From Fimbriimonadia bacterium (GTDB lineage Bacteria; Armatimonadota; Fimbriimonadia; Fimbriimonadales; JABRVX01): a stretch of 64,000 nt of DNA. The number at the start of each line of letters is the position of its first letter. Within the stretch, counting starts at the first letter, position 1. Location: NCBI GenBank assembly GCA_041483895.1, contig JBGPGO010000001.1, positions 128,001-192,000 of the forward strand. Reading direction: 5' to 3'. Shown here one piece after another: positions 51,201-61,900 of this stretch. The notes below the pieces were generated by a model. The model was not told the origin of the DNA and ran no database searches. It saw only the letters and a program-made list of their open reading frames with translations. The position numbers and the translations under genes were made by a program.

Positions 51201-53253
51201 GGAGTGGCTTGAATACTCCTCGCGATTCAAGGCTCTCTCCAACTGGACGAAGAATGCCGCGCGTCCATTCGGAGATCCGGAAGAAGTCGGCGAGAACTTT
51301 AGCTTTACGAGATCGTCCACACGAAATCTCGCTTCTCACGCTACTTGGCAAGAGCGACGGAAGAACCGCAAGGGCTACGCCGATCCGGCACACCCCTTCC
51401 GCCATCAGGGCTCGGCGGACATAAACACCTACAAGATGTTCCTGGAGATTTCACATGCTCTGGTAAGCACCTCTGGTCGAATAGGGATGATAGTTCCTTC
51501 AGCGGTGTACACAGATAAGGGCTCAACAGAGTTGCGCGAACTGTTCCTCAAGCATTGTCGGTGGGAATGGCTATTTGGATTCGAGAATCGCGACGCCATC
51601 TTCGACATTCACCGCTCGTTCAAGTTCTGTCCGATCATTGTTCAAAAAGGGGGGGAAACGAAGGCGATTCGGACCGCTTTCATGCGCCGTTCGCTGCACG
51701 ATTGGGAGGTGGGAGACAAGTTCGCCATTGCTTACCCAAGGGAGCAGGTCGAACTGTTTAGCCCAGCGTTCAAAGCGATTCTCGAACTACAGTCCCAGCG
51801 CGATCTGGAGGCAATAGAGAGGCTTTATTCAAACAGCATCTTGCTTGGCGACGAGGGTCCAGATAGCTGGGGTATCAAGTACCGGACTGAGTTTCACATG
51901 ACGAATGACTCCAAACTGTTCCCGCCGCGTCTGCAGTGGGAATCTCAGGGACTCCGTCCGGATGCCTACGGGCGTTGGCTTCAATGGTCTCGATCCGTAC
52001 AAGAAGCGCCAATAGCCGGGGAGGTCGGTTGGGTGCCTCTCTTAGGAGCCGGGTGGGTCCCCGAGTCAGACGTCGTGGAAGTGGCGTTGCCGGTTTATGA
52101 AGGACGCATGGTCGGTCAGTTCGACTTCAGCCAGAAAGGGTGGGTTAGCGGTAAGGGTCGAACAGCCGTTTGGCGAGAAATCCCTTGGCAGGCTAAGGCG
52201 TTGGAACCGCAGTTCCTTATGAGTGCTGATGACTACGCAGGAGCAAAGGATAAGGACGGGCTGCCAAAGGCACGGCGCGGGATCAAGGTTGGCTATATGG
52301 ATGTTGCCTCGGCCACGAACTCACGCACGATGATCGCAACCCTCGTGGCGGACATGCCATGCGGGAACAAGGTGCCTGTACTGAGCACACGGATTCCGGC
52401 CAGGGTTCCTGTCCTTTGCGCGGTCTTGAACTCCTTCGTGTACGACTACTGCCTCCGGCAGAGGCTCGGGGGACTTACCATCAATTACTTCATCTTGGCC
52501 GAGACGCCCGTACCCAGGCTCACCGGCGATGGTGAGACAATTGCGGACCTGGTCAGCACGCTAACACTTCGTTTGGGAGCGACCCACTGCAGCTTCTCGC
52601 TAGTGTTAGACCAGCTTCCGAGAGTCGCCAGGGCTTGGGCCGACAGAAGATGGTGGGCACTTACACCTCATGAGCGAACTCGACTCCGATGCATTCTGGA
52701 TGCTGTGGTGGCTGAGTTGTTTGGGCTCGACTACGATGATCTGTCGTGGATTTTACGGGACTGTGATCGACCTATCAACGTCTTACGTGACAACGCTTTC
52801 TCCCGCCGCCTCGATCCCAAGGGGTTCTGGCGGGTGGACAAAGAGAAGGACCCTGCACTCCGACACACCGTGCTCTCTCTGATGGCGTTTCATAGCCTGA
52901 AGGAGATGGGCCTTCGGGCGTTTGTCGAGCAGAATGACGGAGAAGGGTGGTTTTTGCCCGAGAAATTGTGTCTCACCGACTACGGATTCGGCCACGACGA
53001 GCAGGCGAGGGAACACCAGCCGGTTGCGTCCAGACTTGGACCCCGGTTCCTGCCATGGCAACTGGAACTCTCCTCCGAGGAATCGTGGGAAGAGTGCGAA
53101 CGGCATGCTGAGAATCTGCGTCGGCTTCTAGGCGAGCCGGAAAAGAGAACGCCTTCTTCAACCGAAGGCACCGCCTCTAATCTCTTCGGTGGACCGGTCG
53201 CCACCGATCTGTTCGGGAACGCACTTCCGGTTCGGAAAGGAAAAATAGGCTAG
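48214..53253 (+). CDS. Large N6-adenine DNA methyltransferase (DrmMI / type IIG Eco57I-like)
   Basis: G.LYEGLL, GTFYT, DPAMGSGSFL, LYGVD, GNSL, FHWELEFP.VF, FDAVVGNPPW, C-terminal TRD-like region; ATGA overlap with drmD. Confidence 0.88.
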   Translation: MTTLRGDVDQPNWWSSLKHGGLLIAPSKLMECFPYGTFPLRRDKTEALRRSVTLARAGGSDATSRLLDTVFDEVLGLSPDGWKKGNAVDASWGHKMANGRSVKPRRIWMAPNGWTFPVFVTEDSQRLGIGRGRREISLVVEWLRRTGRLIALITNGVQWRLIHAGSDYEAWCEWDVEFWFESGNPAPQLDALRILLGSDSLTAAEPDELPALVQAILASRQGQAELSTLLGERVRQAVELTIRESAGTLRDLDNDAETRRAIYVAATRVVMRCVVVLFAEARDLLPRDNPIYHGSYGIQGLREQLDRQAGGRGHERLRDRCSAWPRMLSLFRLVYEGSDHEALPVLRYGGGLFVPGDRNSKDLILKALGAFEDTRNTPADATVHRILELLCRSKVKVRQGRGSIWVEAPVDFSDLSSEYIGILYEGLLDYELRRTEADESILFVNVGDQPALPLSRLEQMDDKTLSSLVEKFKKSRKLDGEDAEENDDEEEPLEDEESEEEPEVPIEVIPDQDVDDGDEARLCRERAHAWAIRAVMAGKLVAKPRGRLTAESQARYEQAVEAAAHALVTRIVLPGDWFLVRWGGTRKGAGTFYTRPQLAVPTTRRTLQPLAYDPLRKEIDQRSGLEIIREWAPKLPEEILSLKVCDPAMGSGSFLVAALRFLTQALYESLYHHGRIEAHGESALCRLADGKDTNSLLEETLPVSPDDPDFEERLKARLKRYVVERCLYGVDLDPLAVELGQMALWIETMDRELPFEFLDHKLKCGNSLVGCWFDRFLDYPVLAWNREGGDKEHRNGTHFERAAWTNAIKSKREAVKSDMARLLGQPELFAENKAAQFALETREKALKDVEYVHSLSIGDEDTRSQAYKDLFHGSQAIMRLRRDLDTWCAIWFWPSDKLADAPMPLSQFKPVSETNLIVEDIARVHRFFHWELEFPDVFRSNGSGFDAVVGNPPWETQKPNSKEFFSNHDPLYRSYGKQEAIGKQRELFTETSEIEKEWLEYSSRFKALSNWTKNAARPFGDPEEVGENFSFTRSSTRNLASHATWQERRKNRKGYADPAHPFRHQGSADINTYKMFLEISHALVSTSGRIGMIVPSAVYTDKGSTELRELFLKHCRWEWLFGFENRDAIFDIHRSFKFCPIIVQKGGETKAIRTAFMRRSLHDWEVGDKFAIAYPREQVELFSPAFKAILELQSQRDLEAIERLYSNSILLGDEGPDSWGIKYRTEFHMTNDSKLFPPRLQWESQGLRPDAYGRWLQWSRSVQEAPIAGEVGWVPLLGAGWVPESDVVEVALPVYEGRMVGQFDFSQKGWVSGKGRTAVWREIPWQAKALEPQFLMSADDYAGAKDKDGLPKARRGIKVGYMDVASATNSRTMIATLVADMPCGNKVPVLSTRIPARVPVLCAVLNSFVYDYCLRQRLGGLTINYFILAETPVPRLTGDGETIADLVSTLTLRLGATHCSFSLVLDQLPRVARAWADRRWWALTPHERTRLRCILDAVVAELFGLDYDDLSWILRDCDRPINVLRDNAFSRRLDPKGFWRVDKEKDPALRHTVLSLMAFHSLKEMGLRAFVEQNDGEGWFLPEKLCLTDYGFGHDEQAREHQPVASRLGPRFLPWQLELSSEESWEECERHAENLRRLLGEPEKRTPSSTEGTASNLFGGPVATDLFGNALPVRKGKIG

Positions 53254-53256
53254 GCG

Positions 53257-56200
53257 ATGCTCAACCCGATTGTCTTTACCGAGAAAGTGGTGGGTGACTT
53301 CCTCAAGTACCAACTCACGACCTACCCATTAGCCGACACCAGGCTTTACCAGCAGATGCGCCGACTGCTCAATCTCGAGGAGACGCGCAACTCTCCACTC
53401 TTGAAGGGACCGTATATCAGCCTTAGCCCGGCGTTCCGAGAAGGTCCTCCATTACCACAGCTCATCAAGGAGGGGCAGCTACATTCCCACATTGGCAATC
53501 TTGCGCCATTCCCAGTCCTCTATGGGCACCAGGAGAGCGCGATTCGCGCGATCGCCGCTGGAAAGACGACTGTTATCTCGACCGGTACCGGCTCTGGAAA
53601 GACGGAATGCTTCCTCTATCCTATCATAAGTAGGTGTCTGGAGCTGCGCGATCAAGAAGCAACGTCTGGCATCAGCGCCGTCATCGTCTATCCGATGAAT
53701 GCATTGGCGGAAGATCAGACAGAACGCATTCGCGAGCTTCTTGCAGGCACCGGCATTAGCTTCGGCCTGTACATCGGTAAGACGCCGGAGAAGTCTGCGG
53801 ATGCAAGCGGTAGGCGACTTAGTACTGGAGCATCGCGTGATAGCTATCGCAAGGAGATTGCGCGACGCGATGTTGGAAGTGAGCGATATGCAATCTACCC
53901 GGCTGAGGAACGTGTTTCCCGAGAAGAAATGCGCTCGCCGGAAGGACGCCCACGAATACTGTTAACAAACGTTAAACAGCTTGAGTTGTTACTGACGCGT
54001 GTACGCGACATTGAGATGTTTGACGAGGCGCGACTAGACTACTTGGTGTTCGATGAGGCGCATACATTCTCCGGCGCAGAAGGTGCAGAGACTGCGTGCC
54101 TTATCCGGCGACTTCGCGCGTTTTGTGGCAATCCAAAAACCGTTTGCATTGCTGCATCGGCCACGATCGTTGACACCGAGCGAGGCCCAGATGCGGGTAG
54201 AAACTTCGCGTCGCGGTTCTTCGGAGTTCCAAGCGACAGTGTCGCACTGGTAGGTGAGGAGTACGAGCCCCATAACTGGCAGGACAATCGCTCAATGCCG
54301 CCTGCGCCCGCAGGGGACCCCGCCACTCAGCTACGCATGATTTTGGAGGCCGTCGAAAAGGAAGACGGAACGCTCGTCAGCTCCGCATATAAATCGCTCA
54401 GTGGACATTCGCTTGACAGCGGAGATTGGCAGCAGTCTCTTTACGACAAGCTAAGTGCGATTGACCTTATCTACGAGATCTCAGCGTCACTCGCAACGCC
54501 GCGATTGTTGATGGATTTGGTTGAGAACTTGTCCGAAAACGTGGGCCGGCAAGTGTCAGAAGAGGAGATTCTCTGCTGGCTAGCACTTGGTGCTGCATCG
54601 CGCAGCGACGGCCGCCCCCTGTTGCGACCGGTTGTTCATGTGTTCACGTCCGGTGTTTCCGGCGCAGTAGTAACCTTCCCCAAGGATCTCGACGGCCCGA
54701 GGCTGTGGCTCTCCGCCGATGCTGCAGAAATGGAGGACGGAGCGGCGGCGCTCTTTCGGCTAGCAATCACAACATGCACGACCTGTGGACAGCACTACTT
54801 TCCTCATTTCGTCGCGGATCTCGTTTTCACTGGTGACGTTCCGGGCGGTGGAGAGGCGATCGACGATCGAAGGTTCTGGAGTCCGTTGGAAGAACCTCTT
54901 GGGGGTCGACGAGTGGTTCTCGTGGATCGGCTCATATCGCAGGAAGACACAGACTACGTTGACGCAGACGCTCCAGGCTTAGTGCGCCGCGGTGTGCCCG
55001 TGTACTTCTGCCGTGCATGCGGTGCGCTTCACCCTCAGGAAATGCCTCGATGTGACGGTTGTGGGGTTGAAGGGGAACTGGTCCGGCTATTCGTCCTGCG
55101 AGAAACCGGTGAACGTCCAGGGCGATTGACGCGGTGTGTAGCCTGTGGTGCACGCGGTGGAGAGCGCTTGGGTGAATATAGAGAGCCAGCTCGTCCAGTT
55201 CGGGCCGTAGCGGTGGCTGACGTTCATGTTCTCGCCCAGAACATGCTCCAGCATGCGGATCGGAAGCGCCTATTGGTGTTCGCGGACAACCGACAAGATG
55301 CGGCATTTCAGGCCGGCTGGATGCAGGACCATGCTCGACGGTTTCGGCTTCGGGCGCTTATGTTCGAACGCATCAAGCAAGGCCCAGTCTCCATCGGGGA
55401 CCTTTCTGCGCACTTGGATGATAAGTTGGACGCCGATGACGAGTTGAGCTTGTCCCTAGCACCTGAAGTCTGGCGTGTTCAGCGGAAAGAGAGTGCAGGG
55501 CATCGCCATCAAGAGGAACGCAAACGGTTCCTTCGCATCCAGGTTTTTCGAGAGCTTACGACGGCCCCGAAACAACGATTGGGACTTGAGCCATGGGGAC
55601 GGTTGAGAGTGGAGTATTTGGGAATCGATCCTGAACATCCGTTCATTCGGGAATGGTCGGCTCTGCTCTCGACTTCACCCGATGAGCTGGCTGGCGGAAT
55701 CAGCGCGCTTCTAGACTACTATCGACGCAGCCAGTCCGTATTATTGGACCGTGAAGGGCATATCTTTTCGCGGTTATGGTTGGATGGCGATTATGAGATC
55801 CAGCGCGGTTACTTATCTCGCAATCCGGCTGTTCCAAAAGGGCTCAAGCTTGAGATGGAGCCCGGGGACGAGAACAACCGAATTGTCCGCCTATTGAGTC
55901 AGCAGGGCGAGACTGTTGCACGGCACGCCGTGAAACGCTGGGGCGTTCCAAGGGACAACGTGAATGCGTTCATTGAAGCACTGTGGCAATTCCTAACTCA
56001 GGACTTGGGACTGCTTGCTGCCGTGACGTTGAAGGATCCTCGCGGTAGGTCCCTGCGAGGCTCCGCTGGAGCAAGACAGATCGACGCTGATAAACTGGTT
56101 TTGCGCGAGAACCGCGGATTATTTCGGTGCAAAACCTGCCGAAGGTCATCTCTTTGGCCCACACCGATGAGCGCATGCCTCGCCTACCAATGTGACGGGA

Positions 56201-58659
56201 CAATGCAATTCGGGGATGAGAATCCTGACGACTACGATCTAATGGTCTTGGATCAACAGTTCACTCCGGTCCTCGCTCGTGAACACTCTGGCCAGACGCC
56301 GGCTACCCTTCGCGACGAGTTGGAGCGCGCGTTCAAAAGTAGTCAGGACGGAGTGAACACACTCGTCTGCACGCCGACCCTGGAACTCGGCGTAGACATC
56401 GGGGCGCTCGATTCCGTTTTGATGCGCAACGTCCCTCCGCTACCCTCTAACTATTGGCAGCGGGCTGGTCGTGCGGGTCGCCGCCATAGGATGGCGGTGA
56501 ACCTCACCTACGCCCGCCAGGCAAGCCACGATCGGGCTTACTTTGTCGACCCGCTGAAATTGCTCCAAGGTCTAATCCAGCCTCCTCGGTTCAACCTGCA
56601 AAACGAGTTGATGATTCGAAAGCATGTTCATGCCGCGAGCCTTACAATACTTTATCGACTAACAAGAGAGGGTTCGGAACTGCCGTCCGAGGATCGAACA
56701 GAACTGATTGATGCCCTGCGTCACTGCTTCCCCCCAAAGGTCAAAGGCTATCTATTTGATGCGGCTGACGAAGTTCGTAATGCTCCACTCGATGTTAGCC
56801 AATTTGCGATGATCGTGTCGAAGCACGAAGGGCTCATACTCGACCATCTCACCAGCATATTCTCTCTGACCTGGCCATTAGAGATTTCCGGGCTTGTGAC
56901 TCGGGAATCTCTTGTGCAATACGTCCGCGAGAGCACTGATCGTTTGGCTGATGTCATCCGGCGGATTTGGTTACGTCTGCAATGGGCGCTTGACCAGATG
57001 AGGCGCTTGGACGATTCTCGGCGCGTCAAGGGCACTCTCGATCCGGATGAGGATGCGCTGTTTGCGCGCTGTGATCGGTTGGTAAAGAGGCTGAAAGGAA
57101 CTGACCGACGGCGGCGCACACAAGCCGAGGGACACGATGATATAAACACGTACTCCGTTTTGGCTGCAGAAGGCTTCCTGCCCGGATATGGGTTAGAAAC
57201 GGGATCGATCTTGGTTAATGCTCAACTGCCTCGAACATTTACGGGCATCCCGGATTTCGATTTGCGCAGGGCACCCGCATTGGCAGTTCGCGAGGAAGTG
57301 CCCGGCAATCTGATCTATGCAAATGGACATCGGTTCGTGCCGCGTTACTACCACTTGGAACCTGTTGATCCGATTGTCTTCCAGATCGATCTCCAACGCG
57401 AAGCCATCTCCGAAGTCGGAACGGCAAGAGACCACATTGCACCAGGGCTTGGTTCAATAGCTATGCGTGGCGTACCGATCTGCGATGTGGATCTGCCACA
57501 CTTCTCGGGCATCTCCGACGAGGAGGAACACCGATTCCAAATGGGAGTGTCCGTCATTGGGTACGAGCAGGGACGTCATGCAGGCGGACGGAGCTTCGAA
57601 TGGGGTGCGAAAACGGTGCAGCTTCGGCACGGACTCCACTTACGTCTGGTCAACGTCGGCCCTTCCAGTCAGGTGCGCGCCGGCACGAGCATCGGCTATC
57701 CTGTCTGTCTTGTTTGCGGCCAGAGCCGGTCGCCATTTTCATCACAGACTGAGAGGGATGCCTTCGCTTCCGACCATCGTGACAGATGTGCGCAAACTGT
57801 CGAACCGACGGCCTTCTATGCCGATATCGTCGCTGACTCTCTCTGCATCCAATCGTGTGCAGATCGGCGGGAGGCGTATAGCACGTTGGAGGCATTGCGG
57901 CTTGGTGCTTCCCTAATTCTGGACATGGAAACTGAGGACCTTCAGATCATTGTGCTTGCATCGGGAGATGCGGAAGCCGTGGATGCCTTGCTCTACGACC
58001 CAATGCCCGGCGGCTCAGGCTTGATCGAACAGATGGTTGAACGGTGGACGGAGGTGATAACTGCTGCGGCCGAGTTAGTTCGATCATGTCCAGGTGGCTG
58101 CGACACGGCTTGCGTCGACTGTCTTCTTACATTCCGCAATGCTTTCTACCATCGTTACTTGGATCGACACGTTGCGGAGCGGGAGCTATCCGACCGGGGC
58201 GGTGTATTAGAGCCTGCGCACGAGATTCCGGCTCGCCAATCGCTGGACAGCGCGCAGGGCAATGGTGAATCGGTGAATCCTGGAGAAGACGTGCTGAGGG
58301 CCATGCTACTTCGTGCCGGGTTCCCTGAACCGATCACACAGCAGCAAATAGATATCGGACCGCCGTACGGGCAGACGACGCCAGATTACTTTTACAACGA
58401 CCCTTTTGAAAGAAGCGAAGGGATCTGCATTTATCTGGACGGTTTGAGCACCCACATCCATGGCAATCCCGTGGCGAAGAACCGAGACCAAGCCATTAGG
58501 ACAATCCTTGAGAACGAGGGCTACGATGTGCTTGCCATCAGCGCAACAGAGTTGACAGACCGTGGCGCCATGTCACGCCACTTTTATCGACTGGCTCGCA
58601 AGTTACTCGACCGTGAACGGGCAATCGGGGTACGTGACGAGACCAATTGGTTTGACTGA
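53257..58659 (+). CDS. YprA/MrfA-family DEAH helicase with Zn fingers, DUF1998 domain and C-terminal PD-(D/E)xK-like nuclease domain
   Basis: HQ, TGTGSGKT, YPMNALAEDQ, DEAH, SAT, EHSGQ, TPTLELGVDIG, QRAGRAGRR; LYD..PGGSG...C...C..AC.DCL; PDYFY...IYLDG..H...RD...R..LE..GY.V. Confidence 0.88.
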   Translation: MLNPIVFTEKVVGDFLKYQLTTYPLADTRLYQQMRRLLNLEETRNSPLLKGPYISLSPAFREGPPLPQLIKEGQLHSHIGNLAPFPVLYGHQESAIRAIAAGKTTVISTGTGSGKTECFLYPIISRCLELRDQEATSGISAVIVYPMNALAEDQTERIRELLAGTGISFGLYIGKTPEKSADASGRRLSTGASRDSYRKEIARRDVGSERYAIYPAEERVSREEMRSPEGRPRILLTNVKQLELLLTRVRDIEMFDEARLDYLVFDEAHTFSGAEGAETACLIRRLRAFCGNPKTVCIAASATIVDTERGPDAGRNFASRFFGVPSDSVALVGEEYEPHNWQDNRSMPPAPAGDPATQLRMILEAVEKEDGTLVSSAYKSLSGHSLDSGDWQQSLYDKLSAIDLIYEISASLATPRLLMDLVENLSENVGRQVSEEEILCWLALGAASRSDGRPLLRPVVHVFTSGVSGAVVTFPKDLDGPRLWLSADAAEMEDGAAALFRLAITTCTTCGQHYFPHFVADLVFTGDVPGGGEAIDDRRFWSPLEEPLGGRRVVLVDRLISQEDTDYVDADAPGLVRRGVPVYFCRACGALHPQEMPRCDGCGVEGELVRLFVLRETGERPGRLTRCVACGARGGERLGEYREPARPVRAVAVADVHVLAQNMLQHADRKRLLVFADNRQDAAFQAGWMQDHARRFRLRALMFERIKQGPVSIGDLSAHLDDKLDADDELSLSLAPEVWRVQRKESAGHRHQEERKRFLRIQVFRELTTAPKQRLGLEPWGRLRVEYLGIDPEHPFIREWSALLSTSPDELAGGISALLDYYRRSQSVLLDREGHIFSRLWLDGDYEIQRGYLSRNPAVPKGLKLEMEPGDENNRIVRLLSQQGETVARHAVKRWGVPRDNVNAFIEALWQFLTQDLGLLAAVTLKDPRGRSLRGSAGARQIDADKLVLRENRGLFRCKTCRRSSLWPTPMSACLAYQCDGTMQFGDENPDDYDLMVLDQQFTPVLAREHSGQTPATLRDELERAFKSSQDGVNTLVCTPTLELGVDIGALDSVLMRNVPPLPSNYWQRAGRAGRRHRMAVNLTYARQASHDRAYFVDPLKLLQGLIQPPRFNLQNELMIRKHVHAASLTILYRLTREGSELPSEDRTELIDALRHCFPPKVKGYLFDAADEVRNAPLDVSQFAMIVSKHEGLILDHLTSIFSLTWPLEISGLVTRESLVQYVRESTDRLADVIRRIWLRLQWALDQMRRLDDSRRVKGTLDPDEDALFARCDRLVKRLKGTDRRRRTQAEGHDDINTYSVLAAEGFLPGYGLETGSILVNAQLPRTFTGIPDFDLRRAPALAVREEVPGNLIYANGHRFVPRYYHLEPVDPIVFQIDLQREAISEVGTARDHIAPGLGSIAMRGVPICDVDLPHFSGISDEEEHRFQMGVSVIGYEQGRHAGGRSFEWGAKTVQLRHGLHLRLVNVGPSSQVRAGTSIGYPVCLVCGQSRSPFSSQTERDAFASDHRDRCAQTVEPTAFYADIVADSLCIQSCADRREAYSTLEALRLGASLILDMETEDLQIIVLASGDAEAVDALLYDPMPGGSGLIEQMVERWTEVITAAAELVRSCPGGCDTACVDCLLTFRNAFYHRYLDRHVAERELSDRGGVLEPAHEIPARQSLDSAQGNGESVNPGEDVLRAMLLRAGFPEPITQQQIDIGPPYGQTTPDYFYNDPFERSEGICIYLDGLSTHIHGNPVAKNRDQAIRTILENEGYDVLAISATELTDRGAMSRHFYRLARKLLDRERAIGVRDETNWFD

Positions 58660-58921
58660 CACTCTTTTTGGGAGACCTTTGATCGGCTTGCAATCAGGCA
58701 ATTCAGGGCATGGATGGACGGGCAATTTGCGGACGGGAACTCAGCCCGAGGTATTGCGCCACAGGGATTAGCATTTCGGGCTCGCGGGTTACGCTTCCAA
58801 CTATCGATAATGGACGTTTTCGATACCTTCCGCTCCACCCTCAGCTAGCTGAGTGGCGGCCAACCAATGGCTGGCCGCTCCTATCACCTGGCGAAATCAT
58901 CCTTAGCCCATGCGATCTGGT

Positions 58922-61900
58922 CTACTGATGATCCCCAATCAGCCCAAAGTTGATGAAGATAATGTTCATGTCTTTCAAATCAACTGTGCCGCTTCCATCC
59001 AAGTCGCTGTCCGGCGTCGGAAGTCCGAAGTTGACGAAGATTGAGTTCAGATCCCTGATGTCCACAGCATTATCCAAGTTGGCGTCGCCGTTGGTTAGCT
59101 CCAGGTTGTTTCCAGAAATGCTTCCAGATGATGTGTCAATTTGCACGGACCTTCTCAGCCAGTGGCTCAGTTTGACCGACAACTTGAATGCACCTTGAGG
59201 GGCGGGCACCGTATAGGAACCGTCGGCACCGAGTGCGACCGAATAAGAACCGAGGTTCGTCCCACCTTGGCTAAAATCAAATGTCGCCGAAGTAATAGGG
59301 GAGCCAACCCACGTTTCTAAAGTGATCTTGCCGCTGACGGTCACTGGGCTCGTAAGGCTAGCACTATTATTGTCATACCGCACTTCAGGTATCAGTCGGT
59401 CAGGATTCACTACAACCCAAAGCGCCCCGGGGACACCTTCGAGCGGGATATTATCGAATGGCAAAACTACATCCGCATATCGGGCAAGAGAGGCGATGAA
59501 TTTCTCGTCAAGGGGTATGGAACCCGGAGGACCAGCAAGAACTTGTACCTTGACATTCTCGGCCGCACTCCAGCCGATATTCTGGATAGTGACATCGACC
59601 TTCGCCTTGCCGCCACCGATCGGAGTGAGCCGAGCAAGGACCGGATTGATGTAGAGATCGGGGAGAAGACCAACCTTGGATTGTGCTACGTTGTTATTCC
59701 GATTAGGCTCCCCGAGTTTGTTTGCCGGATCGACTACGAGGAAGAGTTCATAGGTGCCGGGACTTACCTGCCCTGGATCCCAGACCGTAGAAATTGCCGC
59801 GCTTTGTCCGGCACCGAGAGCCGGGACCGAACCTTGATCGAGGACAGTTCCGTTAGCGGGATCATCCCTCATTAGCTTCCATTCAACAGCCGATCCTGTC
59901 GCAACTGTCGATATATTTTCAATGCCGAATTCTATGACCAATTGGCCGTTCGGCAGGTATTGCCCAACGACAGGTACTTTCGCGGCGAGATCGAGGCTTG
60001 CTAAGCCAATCCCCTGTTCATTGTTCGTCTCGTCAGTTTCCGGAACGACATTTCCGGGATCAGCTTTCGCTCTCAATGTGTGGCTCTTGCCGTCGGACGG
60101 TATCGTCCATTCCAGCGCCGCAATGCCGGTCGCTCCGCCCAACAATGGGTTGGGAGAAACGACAACAAGCGCTCCTATTAGCGTGGGTCCGTCATAAAAG
60201 CCCACCTTGACGTCCTTGACGCCCAGCGCCCGCAGATTCCGGACTGTGGCGGACAACTTGACCTTCTGCCCTGGTCCCGCGTCAAGTGGATCGACTGCGA
60301 AGTCACCCGGCAATATGGCCAGGTCCGGTTTCGGCGTATGAGAAAGGAGATAGAGATCGGCGGGACCCGGCTTTCGAGTATCAACAATGTGACCACCGCC
60401 CACATCGCGCTGGTTCTTTTCGAGAAGCCGCCTCAAGTAGACGGCCGACGGGTTCCCAGCGGGGTCCCAGGCTGTGGCCACCTCGACTTCGTCCGCAGGT
60501 TCCTGACCGGGATCGTCCCATGTCAGTCGCACAGGATCCGAATACTGTTGCGCTGCCGATGCATCATAGACGGATGTCCAAATATCGCTGATTCCCTTTG
60601 AAGTCGTCGTCCAAAGGGCGGATACCTTGCCTTGAGGAGACCTCAGTACAGAAAGGTCTCCGAGCGTTGGAGATTGAGTGACCGGAACCCAACTCATCCA
60701 AGAGCCGTTGTTGAAATTCGTAACGTCGAGTTCCTCGAGCAAGTACCGAGGGAAGTCAGGATCGGGGATCTCGCTTCTTACAAAGTACAGAACCGGAACT
60801 CCGTCCGCATCGACACTTACCTCAGGGCTGCTCTCGGGCCGGTTGCCATTTGCATCTTCAGATGTAACTCTAGAACGCGACGTCCAATTGCCGTTCGCGA
60901 ATTGCGAGTAGAAAAGCCTTTGGTCACTCGTTGACGGATCAGCATCCTGATCGGCACTCCAAACGAGCGCCATTGAACCGTCCGAACGGACAGACAATCC
61001 AGGATGCTCTTTCGTATTCGCCCCGGTCAAACTCCGAATCTCGATGAAGTTTGTGCCATTCCATCGAGCAACGTGAATATCGGTGTGCGGGTTCAGAGGC
61101 TTGCTTAGATCCAATGAATACTGATTGTCCGGGCTCTTCAGCCAGGCCAAGTAAATGCCGCCATCCGCCCCGTGAACCAGCTTCGGGTTGATATCCATCC
61201 GACCGTCCTGCGTGATGAGAGAAGGCGTGTTCCAAGTATGCGAATTGGTATCATAATTCGAAAAGGCTATCTCGGCTTTCGCTTTGCGTGTGTCAGCCAG
61301 TTCTCCATCAACCGGACCAACAATCGTTGTCCATACGCCGATCAACCGTCCGTTGGGATCCAGGGCGACCTGTGGCTGGCTATCGAGTCCCGTGTCATTA
61401 TCCGGGGAAACAAGCTGCTCAGTTTTCGTGCCGTCCGTGGCATATCGAAGCGCCCGAATCTGCGTCGCCTGCCATAGGGGCTTCGACGGATCGAAGTAGG
61501 TGAAGAGTACAACGGCAGTATCGCCATCCCAGGCGAGGGATGGTTGCGCGCCAGGATAGGTGTTCGCAATGAGTTGCGTTTGGTGGACGTCTGGAGTATC
61601 ACCTTGCGCCGAAACTCCTCCCGCAAGATTGTGGTAGTTGGCATTGACAAAGCTCGTATCAGGATGGCCCCAAATCCAGGAACCATTGCCTCCCGGCGGG
61701 TACTTCGCCGGTGGATAGACGAAGTGCTGGCTCCAGAGATCGCCTTCCCAGGTTTGGTCCATGAACAGTGTCCAGACCTTCAATCGCCCCGTGACAAAGA
61801 AATCAAGCGCGATCTCATTTATGAATGGCACTCCCCAGAAATTCTTCGCGTTCTCTGCGGTGCCGGGATATTGAATCTCAGGAGACAATGCGCCGCCGGC

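Noticed and set aside
45023..58659. Canonical class 1 DISARM, Druantia or BREX
   Set aside because: No separate drmA, drmB or drmC, no other Druantia genes recognised, and no pglZ or brxC in the window.
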